From contig NW_025964372.1 of the NCBI RefSeq assembly GCF_023055435.1, positions 48,484,001 through 48,548,000 of the forward strand: DNA of 64,000 nucleotides, read 5' to 3'. The stretch is from Haliotis rufescens. Lineage: Eukaryota. The translations under genes were made by a program, and so were the position numbers. Each line of letters starts with the position of its first letter. The stretch's first letter is position 1. Of this stretch, positions 41,701-52,700 are shown piece after piece. The notes beneath the pieces are model-generated. The model did no database searches and was not told the origin of the DNA. It saw only the letters and a list, made by a program, of their open reading frames with translations.

Positions 41701-44432
41701 GAGAATAATGATGTTATATTGTAAAGTATCGAATGTGTTCTGAGATCGCTGTTGTTTCGAAAAGTGAGGGTTAATCAGACCCAAATTTGAAAAAAAAATT
41801 AACGTGCACTTGGTGCATGTAGACATAAATATTAGGTTGCACTTTTCAAGAATAGGTTGCACTGGTGCATGTAGACATAAATATTAGGTTGCACTTTTCA
41901 AGAATAGATTGCACTGGTGCATGTAGACATAAATATTAGGTTGCACTTTTCAAGAATAGGTTGCACTGGTGCATGTAGACATAAATATTAGGTTGCACTT
42001 TTCAAGAATAGGTTGCACTGGTGCATGTAGACATAAATATTAGGTTGCACTTTTCAAGAATAGGTTGCACTGGTGCATGTAGACATAAATATTAGGTTGC
42101 ACTTTTCAAGAATAGATTGCACTGGTGCATGTAGACATAAATATTAGGTTGCACTTTTCAAGAATAGGTTGCACTGGTGCATGTAGACATAAATATTAGG
42201 TTGCACTTTTCAAGAATAGATTGCACTGGTGCATGTAGACATAAATATTAGGTTGCACTTTTCAAGAATAGATTGCACTGGTGCATGTAGACATAAATAT
42301 TAGGTTGCACTTTTCAAGAATAGGTTGCACTGGTGCATGTAGACATAAATATTAGGTTGCACTTTTCAAGAATAGATTGCACTGGTGCATGTAGACATAA
42401 ATATTAGGTTGCACTTTTCAAGAATAGATTGCACTGGTGCATGTAGACATAAATATTAGGTTGCACTTTTCAAGAATAGGTTGCACTGGTGCATGTAGAC
42501 ATAAATATTAGGTTGCACTTTTCAAGAATAGATTGCACTGGTGCATGTAGACATAAATATTAGGTTGCACTTTTCAAGAATAGATTGCACTGGTGCATGT
42601 AGACATAAATATTAGGTTGCACTTTTCAAGAATAGATTGCACTGGTGCATGTAGACATAAATATTAGGTTGCACTTTTCAAGAATAGGTTGCACTGGTGC
42701 ATGTAGACATAAATATTAGGTTGCACTTTTCAAGAATAGGTTGCACTGGTGCATGTAGACATAAATATTAGGTTGCACTTTTCAAGAATAGGTTGCACTG
42801 GTGCATGTAGACATAAATATTAGGTTGCACTTTTCAAGAATAGATTGCACTGGTGCATGTAGACATAAATATTAGGTTGCACTTTTCAAGAATAGGTTGC
42901 ACTGGTGCATGTAGACATAAATATTAGGTTGCACTTTTCAAGAATAGATTGCACTGGTGCATGTAGACATAAATATTAGGTTGCACTTTTCAAGAATAGA
43001 TTGCACTGGTGCATGTAGACATAAATATTAGGTTGCACTTTTCAAGAATAGGTTGCACTGGTGCATGTAGACATAAATATTAGGTTGCACTTTTCAAGAA
43101 TAGGTTGCACTGGTGCATGTAGACATAAATATAAGGTTGCACTTTTCAAGAATAGGTTGCACTGGTGCATGTAGACATAAATATTAGGTTGCTCTTTCCA
43201 AGAATAGGTTGCACTGGTGCATGTAGACATAAATATTAGGTTGCACTTTTCAAGAATAGGTTGCACTGGTGCATGTAGACATACATATTAGGTTGCACTT
43301 TTCAAGAATAGGTTGCACTGGTGCATGTAGACATACATATTAGGTTGCTCTTTCCAAGAATAGGTTGCACTGGTGCATGTAGACATAAATATTAGGTTGC
43401 TCTTTCCAAGAATAGGTTGCACTGGTGCATGTAGACATAAATATTAGGTTGCTCTTTCCAAGAATAGGTTGCACTGGTGCATGTATCAGTAACGGTAAAC
43501 AGTTAGTTGTTCCACATAATTTCAAATAATAAATTTAGAATTTGTGGAATCTTCTGATCAAAAATAAAATACCTGACATTTGAATACAATTAATGCCTGT
43601 TCAGATTGTGGTGCCATGGTGTCTTTGCCACCATTCATATGAGTTAAGAAACCAAGGATGTTTTTGTCATACCATGAATCAATCTCGACATGACCTAATT
43701 TTTTTTTTTTTTTTAAACTTTCTCAGTGCCCCCCTGAATAGCATTAACGCCGAAAACTGGTTGATACGTTGTTTCCATGAATGACAATGATGGAGGAGTG
43801 CCTTAGTATTGTAAACATACTGAACGGGTGTTATATTCTATTTAATACCCCAAATGTAACTTGAAGAGCTACGAGTATAAACAACGAGTATAAGCATAAA
43901 CAAACAAGTGCACTCTGTGGAGTGAGTGAGTGAGTATGGTTTGACGCCGCTTTTAGCAATATTCAAGCAATATCAAGGCGGGAGACACCAGAAATGGGCT
44001 TCACACATTGTACCTATGTCGGGAATCGAACCCGGGTCTTGGGCGTGACGAGCGAACGCTTTAACCACTATGCTACCCGGCCGACCGCACTCTGTGGAGT
44101 AACTGTGAGAAAGGTCAAGGTTACAACGGATGCAGACCCAAATCACAGCGGAAGTCAGAGATGCCATGGCGTTGTAAAACTGAGTTTCCAGTTTAATGAG
44201 GGTCCACAGTCAGTCAGTCTGATGCCTTGAATGATTGAAAGGTGATGTGTGCACATTTTGCAAATATCTGAAACATGTGCACATATTTTACCCCTAGGGT
44301 CATGAATATACACATCATACCTGCTTCGGTCCTCCTGCGAGATATCATGAGCCCCGACCATGGACAGCTTATCGTGATGATGATGACGGAGGTGACGACA
44401 GAGCGACACATAGCGGACAGACACGGAAACAT
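5443..44432 (-). CDS. gp130/IL6ST/Domeless-like type I cytokine receptor, 16 coding exons, ~890 aa
   Basis: Exons 44432-44321, 40321-40034, 37504-37378, 30059-29884, 28328-28201, 24232-24076, 19841-19759, 16821-16575, 15736-15585, 12977-12800, 11721-11560, 8963-8817, 8051-7979, 7179-7104, 6618-6544, 5934-5443. All are GT-AG, phases are consistent, total 2673 nt with no internal stop. Architecture SP-Ig-CHR(4 Cys)-3xFnIII-TM-tail. Confidence 0.88.
6002..6156 (+). mobile_element. SINE family A (diverged; a further diverged copy at ~29660-29810)
   Basis: Aligns to the other family A copies. Confidence 0.8.
6176..6514 (-). mobile_element. SINE family B
   Basis: TSD TAATATATATAGG. Confidence 0.9.
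6544..6618 (-). CDS. Receptor exon 15 (cytoplasmic, 75 nt)
   Basis: [25 protein letters not shown]; phase 0-0; AAG|gtaata. Confidence 0.65.
6775..7018 (+). mobile_element. SINE family C (tRNA-Leu-like head), 5'-eroded
   Basis: Aligns to 39313-39596. Confidence 0.8.
7104..7179 (-). CDS. Receptor exon 14 (TM end, stop-transfer, Box1-like)
   Basis: [25 protein letters not shown]; ctttcag| and ATG|gtatgt. Confidence 0.85.
7340..7452. mobile_element. Harbinger-like MITE, copy 2
   Basis: Same TIRs and core as 3094-3206. Confidence 0.8.
7662..7932 (-). mobile_element. SINE family C
   Basis: Full length, (ACTC)n tail. Confidence 0.85.
7979..8051 (-). CDS. Receptor exon 13 (transmembrane)
   Basis: [25 protein letters not shown]; gtgcag| and |gtaagt. 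Confidence 0.85.
8158..8800. other. (GCAC)n and (ATT)n microsatellites around an assembly gap
   Basis: N-run 8419-8698. Other gaps near 11036, 11282, 12132, 14810 and 40835, mostly next to simple repeats. Confidence 0.9.
8817..8963 (-). CDS. Receptor exon 12
   Basis: ...[19 protein letters not shown], a FnIII end. Confidence 0.88.
9577..10871 (+). mobile_element. Full-length mariner transposon (~1.3 kb, irritans-like), intronic and antisense to the receptor
   Basis: ~30-bp TIRs CG(G/A)GGGCTGGCTGAAAAGTTCTAAGCC; TA on the right flank, TT on the left. Confidence 0.95.
9756..10805 (+). CDS. Mariner DD34D transposase, 349 aa
   Basis: HTH with PRPGRP, then TMDETW, FHQDNAP and [14 protein letters not shown]; 34 residues between the 2nd and 3rd Asp. 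Confidence 0.95.
11560..11721 (-). CDS. Receptor exon 11
   Basis: [25 protein letters not shown], a FnIII start; donor |gtgagt. Confidence 0.85.
12800..12977 (-). CDS. Receptor exon 10
   Basis: TSIQSR...[20 protein letters not shown]; the FGVS..SGxxWxxC pattern recalls Domeless-like receptors. Confidence 0.85.
13250..13530 (-). mobile_element. SINE family C
   Basis: TSD GGACCCCAGGTTGTCAAGA. Confidence 0.9.
15585..15736 (-). CDS. Receptor exon 9
   Basis: [10 protein letters not shown]...DIYWD...VRLHWCYG...VSCE; atttcag| and GAG|gtcagt. Confidence 0.85.
15805..16225. repeat. Degenerate ~39-42-bp tandem repeat
   Basis: GTACAAGAC(GACT/A)ACATCGTGCAC... about 10 units. Confidence 0.9.
16575..16821 (-). 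CDS. Receptor exon 8 (FnIII)
   Basis: [16 protein letters not shown]...[14 protein letters not shown], a FnIII pattern. Confidence 0.9.
16896..18710. repeat. ~46-47-bp minisatellite
   Basis: TATGGTCTCTGGTACATGGTACTGA..CAGCAGAAACCAAATGGTA. Confidence 0.97.
19015..19179 (-). mobile_element. tRNA-derived SINE family A
   Basis: A box TAGCCTAGTGG, B box GGTTCGATTCC, (ACTC)n tail, TSD TCTCCTTGTA. Confidence 0.9.
19759..19841 (-). CDS. Receptor exon 7
   Basis: [28 protein letters not shown] (RxVxxxW as in gp130 D4); cttcag| and CAG|gtaggg. Confidence 0.85.
20365..23386. repeat. 30-bp minisatellite (~100 units)
   Basis: ACAGGTATACAGCAAGCAATGATCTCCTAA. Confidence 0.97.
23621..23949 (-). mobile_element. 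SINE family B
   Basis: TSD ATGGAACACAGA. Confidence 0.9.
24076..24232 (-). CDS. Receptor exon 6 (degenerate WSXWS position)
   Basis: ...[34 protein letters not shown]; ttatccag| and |gtgagt. Confidence 0.85.
24472..25104. mobile_element. Possible non-autonomous piggyBac-like relic
   Basis: Ends TTTA|CCCCCTGGATG and CATCCAGAGGG|TTAA (11-bp TIR, 1 mismatch). Confidence 0.4.
25414..25580 (-). mobile_element. SINE family A
   Basis: Near-identical copy; TSD TCTTACATTAA. Confidence 0.9.
25840..26266. repeat. 61-bp tandem repeat, 7 near-identical units
   Basis: GTGTTTTCTGTCACTTATATTTCCACCACTAAGACTTCAGCAAC(T/G)GCAAGCCATTAAATGG. Confidence 0.97.
27018..27290 (+). mobile_element. SINE-like family D
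   Basis: Full-length copy. Others at ~3993-4197(-), 19350-19545(-), 29420-29612(+) and 54280-54425(+). Confidence 0.8.
27630..28060 (+). mobile_element. 3' end of a 5'-truncated LINE
   Basis: Degenerate ORF2 C-terminus (..[10 protein letters not shown]...[13 protein letters not shown]) followed by AATAAA and an (ATTCT)n tail. Confidence 0.45.
28201..28328 (-). CDS. Receptor exon 5
   Basis: [11 protein letters not shown]...CLNVTW, the typical VKP..P hinge and FnIII start. Confidence 0.9.
28525..28780 (-). mobile_element. SINE family C (diverged)
   Basis: Aligns to the family. Other remnants at ~16290-16505, 39610-39752, 56115-56225 and 60162-60382. Confidence 0.8.
29884..30059 (-). CDS. Receptor exon 4
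   Basis: ...[10 protein letters not shown]...[10 protein letters not shown]...VEPILV carries Cys3/Cys4 and the VxxxNxLG motif; phase 2 to 1. Confidence 0.9.
30528..31535. repeat. 36-bp minisatellite (~28 units)
   Basis: CTAACAGTCCTAAGATGCAATGTCAACGACGTTCAT. Confidence 0.97.
32266..37052. repeat. 37/43-bp minisatellite with higher-order structure
   Basis: GAATATACACAGCCTTAATGCT(ACATGT)ATGTAATAGTGCCAT. Confidence 0.97.
37378..37504 (-). CDS. Receptor exon 3 (CHR N-terminal half; not in the ORF track)
   Basis: ttcacag|...AG|gtaggc. [24 protein letters not shown]... matches the PPxxxxNxSC...C motif of class I cytokine receptors. Confidence 0.9.
37607..38400 (-). mobile_element. Decayed Penelope-like retroelement RT fragment
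   Basis: [22 protein letters not shown]...FN...RYIDN matches RT motifs 4-5 of Penelope-like elements; extent approximate. Confidence 0.7.
39313..39596 (+). mobile_element. SINE family C
   Basis: TSD TACTTTGGGTGA. Confidence 0.9.
39776..39944 (-). mobile_element. SINE family A
   Basis: TSD TTCTCGTATGAC. Confidence 0.9.
40034..40321 (-). CDS. Receptor exon 2 (Ig-like D1)
   Basis: AVFKC...DAGTLYC...LIVVG Ig signature; donor G|gtaagt. Confidence 0.9.
41203..41489 (+). mobile_element. SINE family C inserted at a truncated family D copy
   Basis: TSD CATAAAAAAACAGG; a family D fragment at ~41055-41188 lies immediately upstream. Confidence 0.9.
41805..43484. repeat. 52-bp minisatellite (~32 units)
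   Basis: GCACTGGTGCATGTAGACATAAATATTAGGTTGCACTTTTCAAGAATAGGTT; internally dimeric around TAGGTTGCACT. Confidence 0.97.
43924..44086 (-). mobile_element. SINE family A
   Basis: TSD GCACTCTGTGGAGT. Confidence 0.9.
44321..44432 (-). CDS. Receptor coding exon 1 (signal peptide)
   Basis: ttttcag|[30 protein letters not shown]... has a hydrophobic core. Donor CAG|gtatga, phase 1. Confidence 0.75.
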
Positions 44433-45596
44433 CTGAAAATGAAATTGCTTGAGCTATCAATTAACATTTTTGGAAAGCATTTCCAACTTTGACTTTTACT
44501 GCAATACCCGATGCAATAACATATCTTAATTTGTATCATGTTTCCGTGGCATTTTGTCAGTTGAACAATTGACTTGCCTTTGCACGTGTTTGTGACAAGT
44601 ACTACTGGTAGGATTGGATACGCTCACCTTTTCTCGAACACCCATGTCGGAGACCGGAATTAAATTAAAACAGAAATGCAAAATGTTTGTTTCTTACAGT
44701 GAAGCACGTTTGGTTTAAGAAACCCACACAGACAAGAACGATGTATGAACTAATTTCTAAAGCAACTATGAAAGATTTGTTTACATTTTGAGAAAAGCAA
44801 CCCATATTGCCATTGCTACTTTGGTTTCAGAACCATTGGTGCTGAGAAAAGACCATATCAGGGCATGCGCGCCATCAATCGAAGAAACATATTATTATTA
44901 TTATGTCGCATTGTCGCGCATATTAACGCCTTTTTTTTACACATTTTTGATGGGGCGACAATGCGACAACGCGACACATTCTGACCTTGAAAAATGTTTC
45001 GTTGTCCCATTGTCGCCCTTTGGTTAAATAAAACAAAATGATTCAAGGCGATACAATGCGACAACGCGACAATACGACAACTGGCCAAAATGTCACGTTG
45101 TCGCATTGTCGCGCTTTGGTTAAATTTGACACTTTTTGCTTACTTTTGTTAGGGCGACAATACGACAATATCTCTTCTAGGATTCCATAGTTTTGCACTC
45201 TCAATGAAACCACGAACAGGGATACAATATGATCATCAACACAACGGTTCATTCAAAGATTTGGTGCAGAAGCAGGTTCTTCTCTGTGCAAACTAGGCAT
45301 AGGATGTCTTCACTTAAAACAACACATCCGAGGTCTGGTGCATAGAGCGGAAGGTCCGGGGTTCGATCCCCGACCGCGTCATACCAAAAGACGCTAACCA
45401 ATAGTACTTGTTGTTACCCTGCCTAGCGCTCGGCATTAAGGGGCTAAAACAAGGACTGGTCGGCTGGAGTCAGTATACTGTGTCTGAGTGGGGTATTCAT
45501 GTTAAACTGCGGCATGGTACCTCAGTGAGCTAGCACTATATTAACCAGCATCGTCCGGTACATATGCAAGAGTAACATTATCCCTGTAAGTATCCA

Positions 45597-45925
45597 GACC
45601 GCCTCCGTGGTCTAGTGGTAGAGCGTCCGCCCGGAGAGCGGAAGGTCCGGGGTTCGATCCCCGACCGCGTCATACCAAAGACGTTAAAAGATGGTACTTG
45701 TTGTTACCCTGTCTGGCGCCCGGCTGGTCGGCTCGGAGTCAGTATACTGTGTCTGAGTGGGGTATTCATGATAAACTGCGGTATGGTATCTCAGTGAGCT
45801 AGCCCTATAAATCGGCATCAGTCAGGACTAGTAAAAGCAGCCACACAAACACACACACGTACATGCACGTCACTATATAAGTGCAATAATCTTGGACGCG
45901 ACGTTCACCCCATTTCACCTCACCT
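45597..45925 (+). mobile_element. SINE family B (preceded by a partial copy at ~45345-45560)
   Basis: TSD CTGTAAGTA(T/C)CCA. Confidence 0.9.
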
Positions 45926-46310
45926 GTAAGTACCCACCCAGATTATATACCCCAGGGTATTTCCATAGACACATATCCCGGGACAACTGTCCTGAGGATA
46001 CATATCCAATGACAATTTAACAAAGGGAAAATATTTTGCAGAGGCATGAAATAATCTATTACACAAGAACGGCGTATATACGAGCAATAAGTTTCTTTCA
46101 CCTTACCACCTCACTGTACAGAATGAAGAGATGGCTGTAGCGAGACCTATTCTCTCGCACCATCATCACATATTCGTTTCCACCTGACACGCTGTAGTGG
46201 TGACATGTTTGGAATATCAAACTTTATATACACCAGTTCACGCCGATGCATGGATAAGGCAGTACGGGACATGACCCCTGATTCCTGTACGATTCCTGGC
46301 CACTACTCAC

Positions 46311-46560
46311 CTCTCGGCCTCCGCTCTCTCCACAGCACAGTGTTCAGACGACAGCACTCCCTGCCAGGATATTAGCTAGAACGTTGATCACATCACCATT
46401 ATCCTGCTCGACGGACCATCACTCCGAGGATTACGTTACGTCCAACGCTTTGTTAACCGGCGTGAAGCGCAGCCACGTGGGATACCAGGACCCACATAAC
46501 TCACACATAGAGCGCAGTAACATGACTCGGCTGTTGACACGCAGAGTGTACGTGAATTAG
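46311..46560 (-). promoter_or_regulatory. Putative non-coding first exon / promoter region of the receptor
   Basis: Strong donor GAG|gtgagt at 46310 in a CpG-richer non-repetitive island. An in-frame stop upstream implies 5' UTR. The 5' boundary is approximate. Confidence 0.4.
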
Positions 46561-46743
46561 CGTGTATCCATTGATTTTTTTCAATAGAATGTCGAATCGG
46601 TAAATTTATTTTTACGACCTATTTTCCCATACTACCCGCTAATTTTACAATGCAATTGACAACCTGTGCAATGTGCAATGGACAATCTGATTCAGTGTGT
46701 GCATGAATGGAGGATGAGTGAGGATATCGTGTATTGCGCTTTT

Positions 46744-49700
46744 GTGACCGGGGTACATGTATGACCAGGGTGCATAGGGACCGGGGTACATGAGTGACCG
46801 GGGTGCATGTGTGACCGGGGTACATGAGTGACTGGGATGCGTGAGTGACCGGGGTGCATGTGTGACCGGGGTACATGAGTGACCGGGGTGCATAGGGACC
46901 GGGGTACATGAGTGACCGGGGTGCATGAGTGACCGGGGTGCATGAGTGACCAGGGTGCAAGAGTGACCGGGATGCAAGAGTGACCGGGATGCAAGAGTGA
47001 CCGGGATGCATGAGTGACCGGGATGCAAGAGTGACCGGGATGCATGAGTGACCGGGGTACATGAGTGACCAGGGTGCATAGGGACCGGGGTACATGAGTG
47101 ACCAGGGTGCAAGAGTGACCAGGGCGCAAGAGTGACCAGGATGCATGAGTGACCGGGATGCAAGAGTGACCGGGATGCGTGAGTGACCGGGATGCATGAG
47201 TGACCGGGATGCGTGATTGACCGGGATGCATGAGGGACCGGGGTACATGAGTGACCGGGATGCATGAGTGACTGGGATGCGTGTTGACCGGGATGCATGA
47301 GTGTCTGGGATACAAGAGTGACCGGGATGCATAAGTGACCGGGATGCATGAGTGTCCGGGATGCATGAGTGTCTGGGATACAAGAGTGACCGGGATGCAT
47401 AAGTGACCGGGATACAAGAGTGTCCGGGATACAAGAGTGACCGGAATGTATGAGTGTCCGGGATGCATGAGTGACGGGGATTCAAGAGTGACCGGAATGT
47501 ATGAGTGTCCGGGATGCATGAGTGACCAGGATACAAGAGTGTCAGGGATGCATAAGTGACTGGGATACAAGAGTGTCCGGGATACAAGAGTGACCGGAAT
47601 GTATGAGTGTCCGGGATACAAGAGTGTCCGGGATACAAGAGTGACCGGAATGTATGAGTGACTGGGATGCATCAGTGACGGGGATTCAAGAGTGTCCGGG
47701 ATGCATGAGTGACCGGGATGCATGAGTGACGGGGATGCATGAGTGACCGGGATGCATGAGTGACCGGGATGCATGAGTGACCGGGATGTATGAGTGACCG
47801 GGATACAAGAGTGACCGGGATGCATGAGTGTCCGGGATACAAAAGTGACCGGAATGCATGAGTGACCGGGATGTATGAGTGACCGGGATGCATGAGTGAC
47901 CGGGATGCAAGAGTGACGGGGATGTGTGAGTGTCCGGGATACAAGAGTGACCGGGATGTATGAGTGACCGGGATGCATGAGTGACCGGGATGTATGAGTG
48001 ACCGGGATGTATGAGTGACCGGGATGTGTGAGTGTCCGGGATGTATGAGTGACCGGGATGTATGAGTGACCGGGATGTATGAGTGACCGGGATGCATGAG
48101 TGACCGGGATGTATGAGTGACCGGGATGTATGAGTGACCGGGATACAAGAGTGACCGGGATGTATGAGTGACCGGGATACAAGAGTGACCGGGATGTATG
48201 AGTGACCGGGATACAAGAGTGACCGGGATGTATGAGTGACCGGGATACAAGAGTGACCGGGATGTATGAGTGACCGGGATACAAGAGTGACCGGGATGTA
48301 TGAGTGACCGGGATACAAGAGTGACCGGGATGTATGAGTGACCGGGATACAAGAGTGACCGGGATGTATGAGTGACCGGGATACAAGAGTGACCGGGATG
48401 TATGAGTGACCGGGATACAAGAGTGACCGGGATGTATGAGTGACCGGGATGTATGAGTGACCGGGATGCATGAGTGACCGGGATGTATGAGTGACCGGGA
48501 TGTGTGTTGACCGGGATGTATGAGTGACCGGGATGCATGAGTGACCGGGATGTATGAGTGACCGGGATACATCAGTGACCAGGATGTATGAGTGACCGGG
48601 ATGTGTGTTGACCGGGATGCATGAGTGACCGGGATGTATGAGTGACCGGGATGTGTGTTGACCGGGATGCATGAGTGACCGGGATGCATGAGTGACCGGG
48701 ATGTATGAGTGACCGGGATGCATGAGTGACCGGGATGTATGAGTGACCGGGATGTGTGTTGACCGGGATGTATGAGTGACCGGGATGCATGAGTGACCGG
48801 GATGTATGAGTGACCGGGATGTATGAGTGACCGGGATGTATGAGTGACCGGGATGTATGAGTGACCGGGATGTATGAGTGACCGGGATGCATGAGTGACC
48901 GGGATGTATGAGTGACCGGGATGTATGAGTGACCGGGATGTATGAGTGACCGGGATGCAAGAGTGACCGGGATGTGTGAGTGTCCGGGATACAAGAGTGA
49001 CCGGGATGTATGAGTGACCGGGATGTATGAGTGACCGGGATGCAAGAGTGATGGGGATGTGTGAGTGACCGGGGTGTGTGTTGACCGGGATGCATGAGTG
49101 TCCGGGATACAAGAGTGACCAGGATGTATGAATGACCGGGATGTATGAGTGACGGGGATTCAAGAGTGACCGGGATGCGTGTTGACCAGGATGCATGAGT
49201 GTCCAGGATACAAGAGTGACGGGGATGTGTGAGTGACCGGGATACATCAGTGACCGGGATGCAAGAGTGACGGGGATGTGTGAGTGACCGGGATGCTTGT
49301 TGACCGGGATGTATGAGTGTCCGGGATACAAGAGTGACCGAGAGTATGAGTGACCGGGATGCATGAGTGTCCGGGATACAAGAGTGACGGGGATGTGTGA
49401 GTGACCGGGATGCATGAGTGTCCGGGATACAAGAGTGACGGGGATGTATGAGTGACTGGGATGCATGAGTGTCCGGGATACAAGAGTGACCGGGATGTAT
49501 GAGTGACCGGGATGTATGAGTGACCGGGATGCATGAGTGACTGGGATGCATGAGTGTCCGGGATACAAGAGTGACCGGGATGTATGAGTGACAGGGATGC
49601 ATGAGTGACCTGGATGCAAGAGTGACGGGGATGTGTGAGTGACCGGGATGTGTGTTGACCGGGATGCATGAGTATCCGGGATACAAGAGTGACCGGGATG

Positions 49701-52700
49701 TATGAGTGACCGGGATGCAAGAGTGACGGGGATGTGTGAGTGACCGGGATGTGTGTTGACCGGGATGCATGAGTGTCTGGGATGCAAGAGTGACCGGGAT
49801 GTTTGAGTGACCGGGATACATGAGTGACCAGGATGCAAGAGTGACCGGGATGCGTGTTGACCGGGATGCACGAGTGTCCGGGATACAAGAGTGACCAGGA
49901 TGTATGAATGACCGGGATGTATGAGTGACGGGGATTCAAGAGTGACCGGGATGCGTGTTGACCAGGATGCATGAGTGTCCAGGATACAAGAGTGTTCCAG
50001 GGATGCAAGAGTGACCGGGGTGTATGAGTGACCGGGATGCATGAGTGACGGGGATGCAAGAGTGACAGGGATGTGTGAGTGACCGGGATGCGTGTTGACC
50101 CGGATGTATGGGTGACCGGGATGCATGAGTGACCGGGATGCAAGAGTGACAGGGATGTGTGAGTGACCGGGATACATGAGTGACGGGGGTGCGTGAGTGA
50201 CCGGGATGCATGAGGGACCGGGATGCGTGATGGACCGGGATGCGTGATTGACCGGGGTGCAAGAGTGACGGGGATGTGTGAGTGACCGGGATACATGAGT
50301 GACCGGGGTACATTAGTGACCGGGATACATGAGTGACCGGGGTGCAAGAATGACCAGGGTACATGAGTAAACCGGGATGCGTGAATAACCGGGATGCGTG
50401 AGTGACCGGGATGTATGAGTGACAGGGATGCATGAGTGACGGGGATGCAAGAGTGAACGGAATGGGTGTTGACCGGGATGCATGAGTGTCCGGGATACAA
50501 GAGTGACCGGGATGTATGAGTGACCGGGATGTATGAGTGACGGGGATTCAAGAGTGACCTGGATGCGTGTTGACCAGGATGCATGAGTATCCGGGATACA
50601 AGAGTGTTCCAGGGATACAAGAGTGACCGGGATGTATGAGTGACCGGGATGCATGAGTGACGGGGATGCAAGAGTGACAGGGATGTGTGAGTGACCGGGA
50701 TGCGTGTTGACCGGGATGCAAGAGTGACGGGGATGTGTGAGTGACCGGGATGCGTGTTGACCGGGATGTATGAGTGACAGGGATGCATGAGTGACCGGGA
50801 TGCAAGAGTGATGGGGATGCAAGAGTGACGGGGATGTGTGAGTGACCGGGATACATGAGTGACCGGGCTACATTAGTGACCCGGATACATGAGTGACCGG
50901 GATGCATGAGTGACCGGGATGCATGATTGACAGGGGTGCAAGAGTGACCGGGATGCAAGAGTGTCGGGGATGCAAGAGTGACGGGGATGTATGAGTGACC
51001 TGGATACATGAGTGACCTGGGTACATTAGTGACCGGGATACAAAAGTGACCGGGATGCATGAGTGACCGGGATGCGTGATTGACCAGGGTGCAAGAGTGA
51101 CGGGGATGTGTGAGTGACCGGGAAACATGAGTGACCGGGGTGCAAGAATGACCGGGGTACATGAGTAAACCGGGATGCGTGAATGACCGGGATGCATGAG
51201 TGACCGGGATGCATGAGTGACCGGGATGCATGAGTGACCCGGGTACATGAGTGACTGGGATGGGTGTTGACCGGGATGTATGAGTGACTGGGATGCATGA
51301 GTGAACGGGATGCAAGAGTGACCGGGATGTGTGAGTGACCGGGATGCGTGTTGACCGGGATGTATGAGTGTCCGGGATACAAGAGTGACCGAGAGTATGA
51401 GTGACCGGGATGCATGAGTGTCCGGGATACAAGAGTGTCCGGGATGTTTGAGTGACCGGGATGCATGAGTGACCGGGATGCATGAGTGACCGGGATGTAT
51501 GAGTGACTGGGATGTATGAGTGACCGGGATGCATGAGTGTCCGGGATACAAGAGTGTCCGGGATGTTTGAGTGACCGGGATGCATGAGTGACCGGGATGC
51601 ATGAGTGACCGGGATGTATGAGTGACTGGGATGCATGAGTGACCGGGATGCATGAGTGACTGGGATGCATGAGTGACCGGGATGCATGAGTGACCGGGAT
51701 GTATGAGTGACTGGGATGCATGAGTGACCGGGATGCAAGAGTGACTGGGATGTGTGTTGACCTTGATGCATGAGTGTCTGGGATACAAGAGTGACCAGGA
51801 TGTATGAGTGACCGGGATGTATGAGTGACGGGGATTCAAGAGTGACCGGGATGCGTGTTGACCAGGATGCATGAGTGTCCGGGATACAAGAGTGACCGGG
51901 ATGTATGAGTGACTGGGATGCATGAGTGACCGGGATGCAAGAGTGACGGGGATGTGTGTGTGACCGGGATACATGAGTGACCGGGGTGCGTGAGTGACCG
52001 GGATGCATGAGTGACCCGGATGCATGATTGACCAGGATACATGAGTGACCGGGATGCGTGAGTGACCGGGATGCATGAGTGACCGGGATGCGTGAGTGAC
52101 CGGGGTACATGAGTGTCTGGGATGTGTGAGTGACCGGGATGCGTGAGTGACCGGGATATATGAGTGTCCGGGATACAAGAGTGACCGGGGTGCAAAAGTG
52201 ACTTTGGTAAATGAGTGACCTGGATACATGAGTGACCGGGGCACAAAAGTGACTTTGGTAAATGAGTGACTGGGATGCGTGAGTGACCAGGGTGCATGAG
52301 TGACCTGTGTGCATGAGTGACCGGGATGCGTGAGTGACCGGGGTGCAAGAGTGACCGGGATGCGTGAGTGACCGGGGTGCAAGAGTGACCGGGATGCGTT
52401 TTTGACCGGGATGCGTGAGTGACCGGGGTACATGAGTGACCGGGGTGCATGAGTGACGGGGATGACATGAGTGACCGGGGTGCATGAGTAACCGGGGTGC
52501 TTGAGTGACTGGGGTGCATGAGTGACCGGGAATCATGAGTGACCGGGATGCATGAGTGACCGGGAATCATGAGTGACCGGGATGCGTGAGTGACCCAAAT
52601 GCAAGAGTGACCGGGATGGGTGAGTGACCAGGGTGCATGGGTGACTGGGATGCATGAGTGACCGGGATGCGTGAGTGACCGGAATACATGAGTGACCGGG

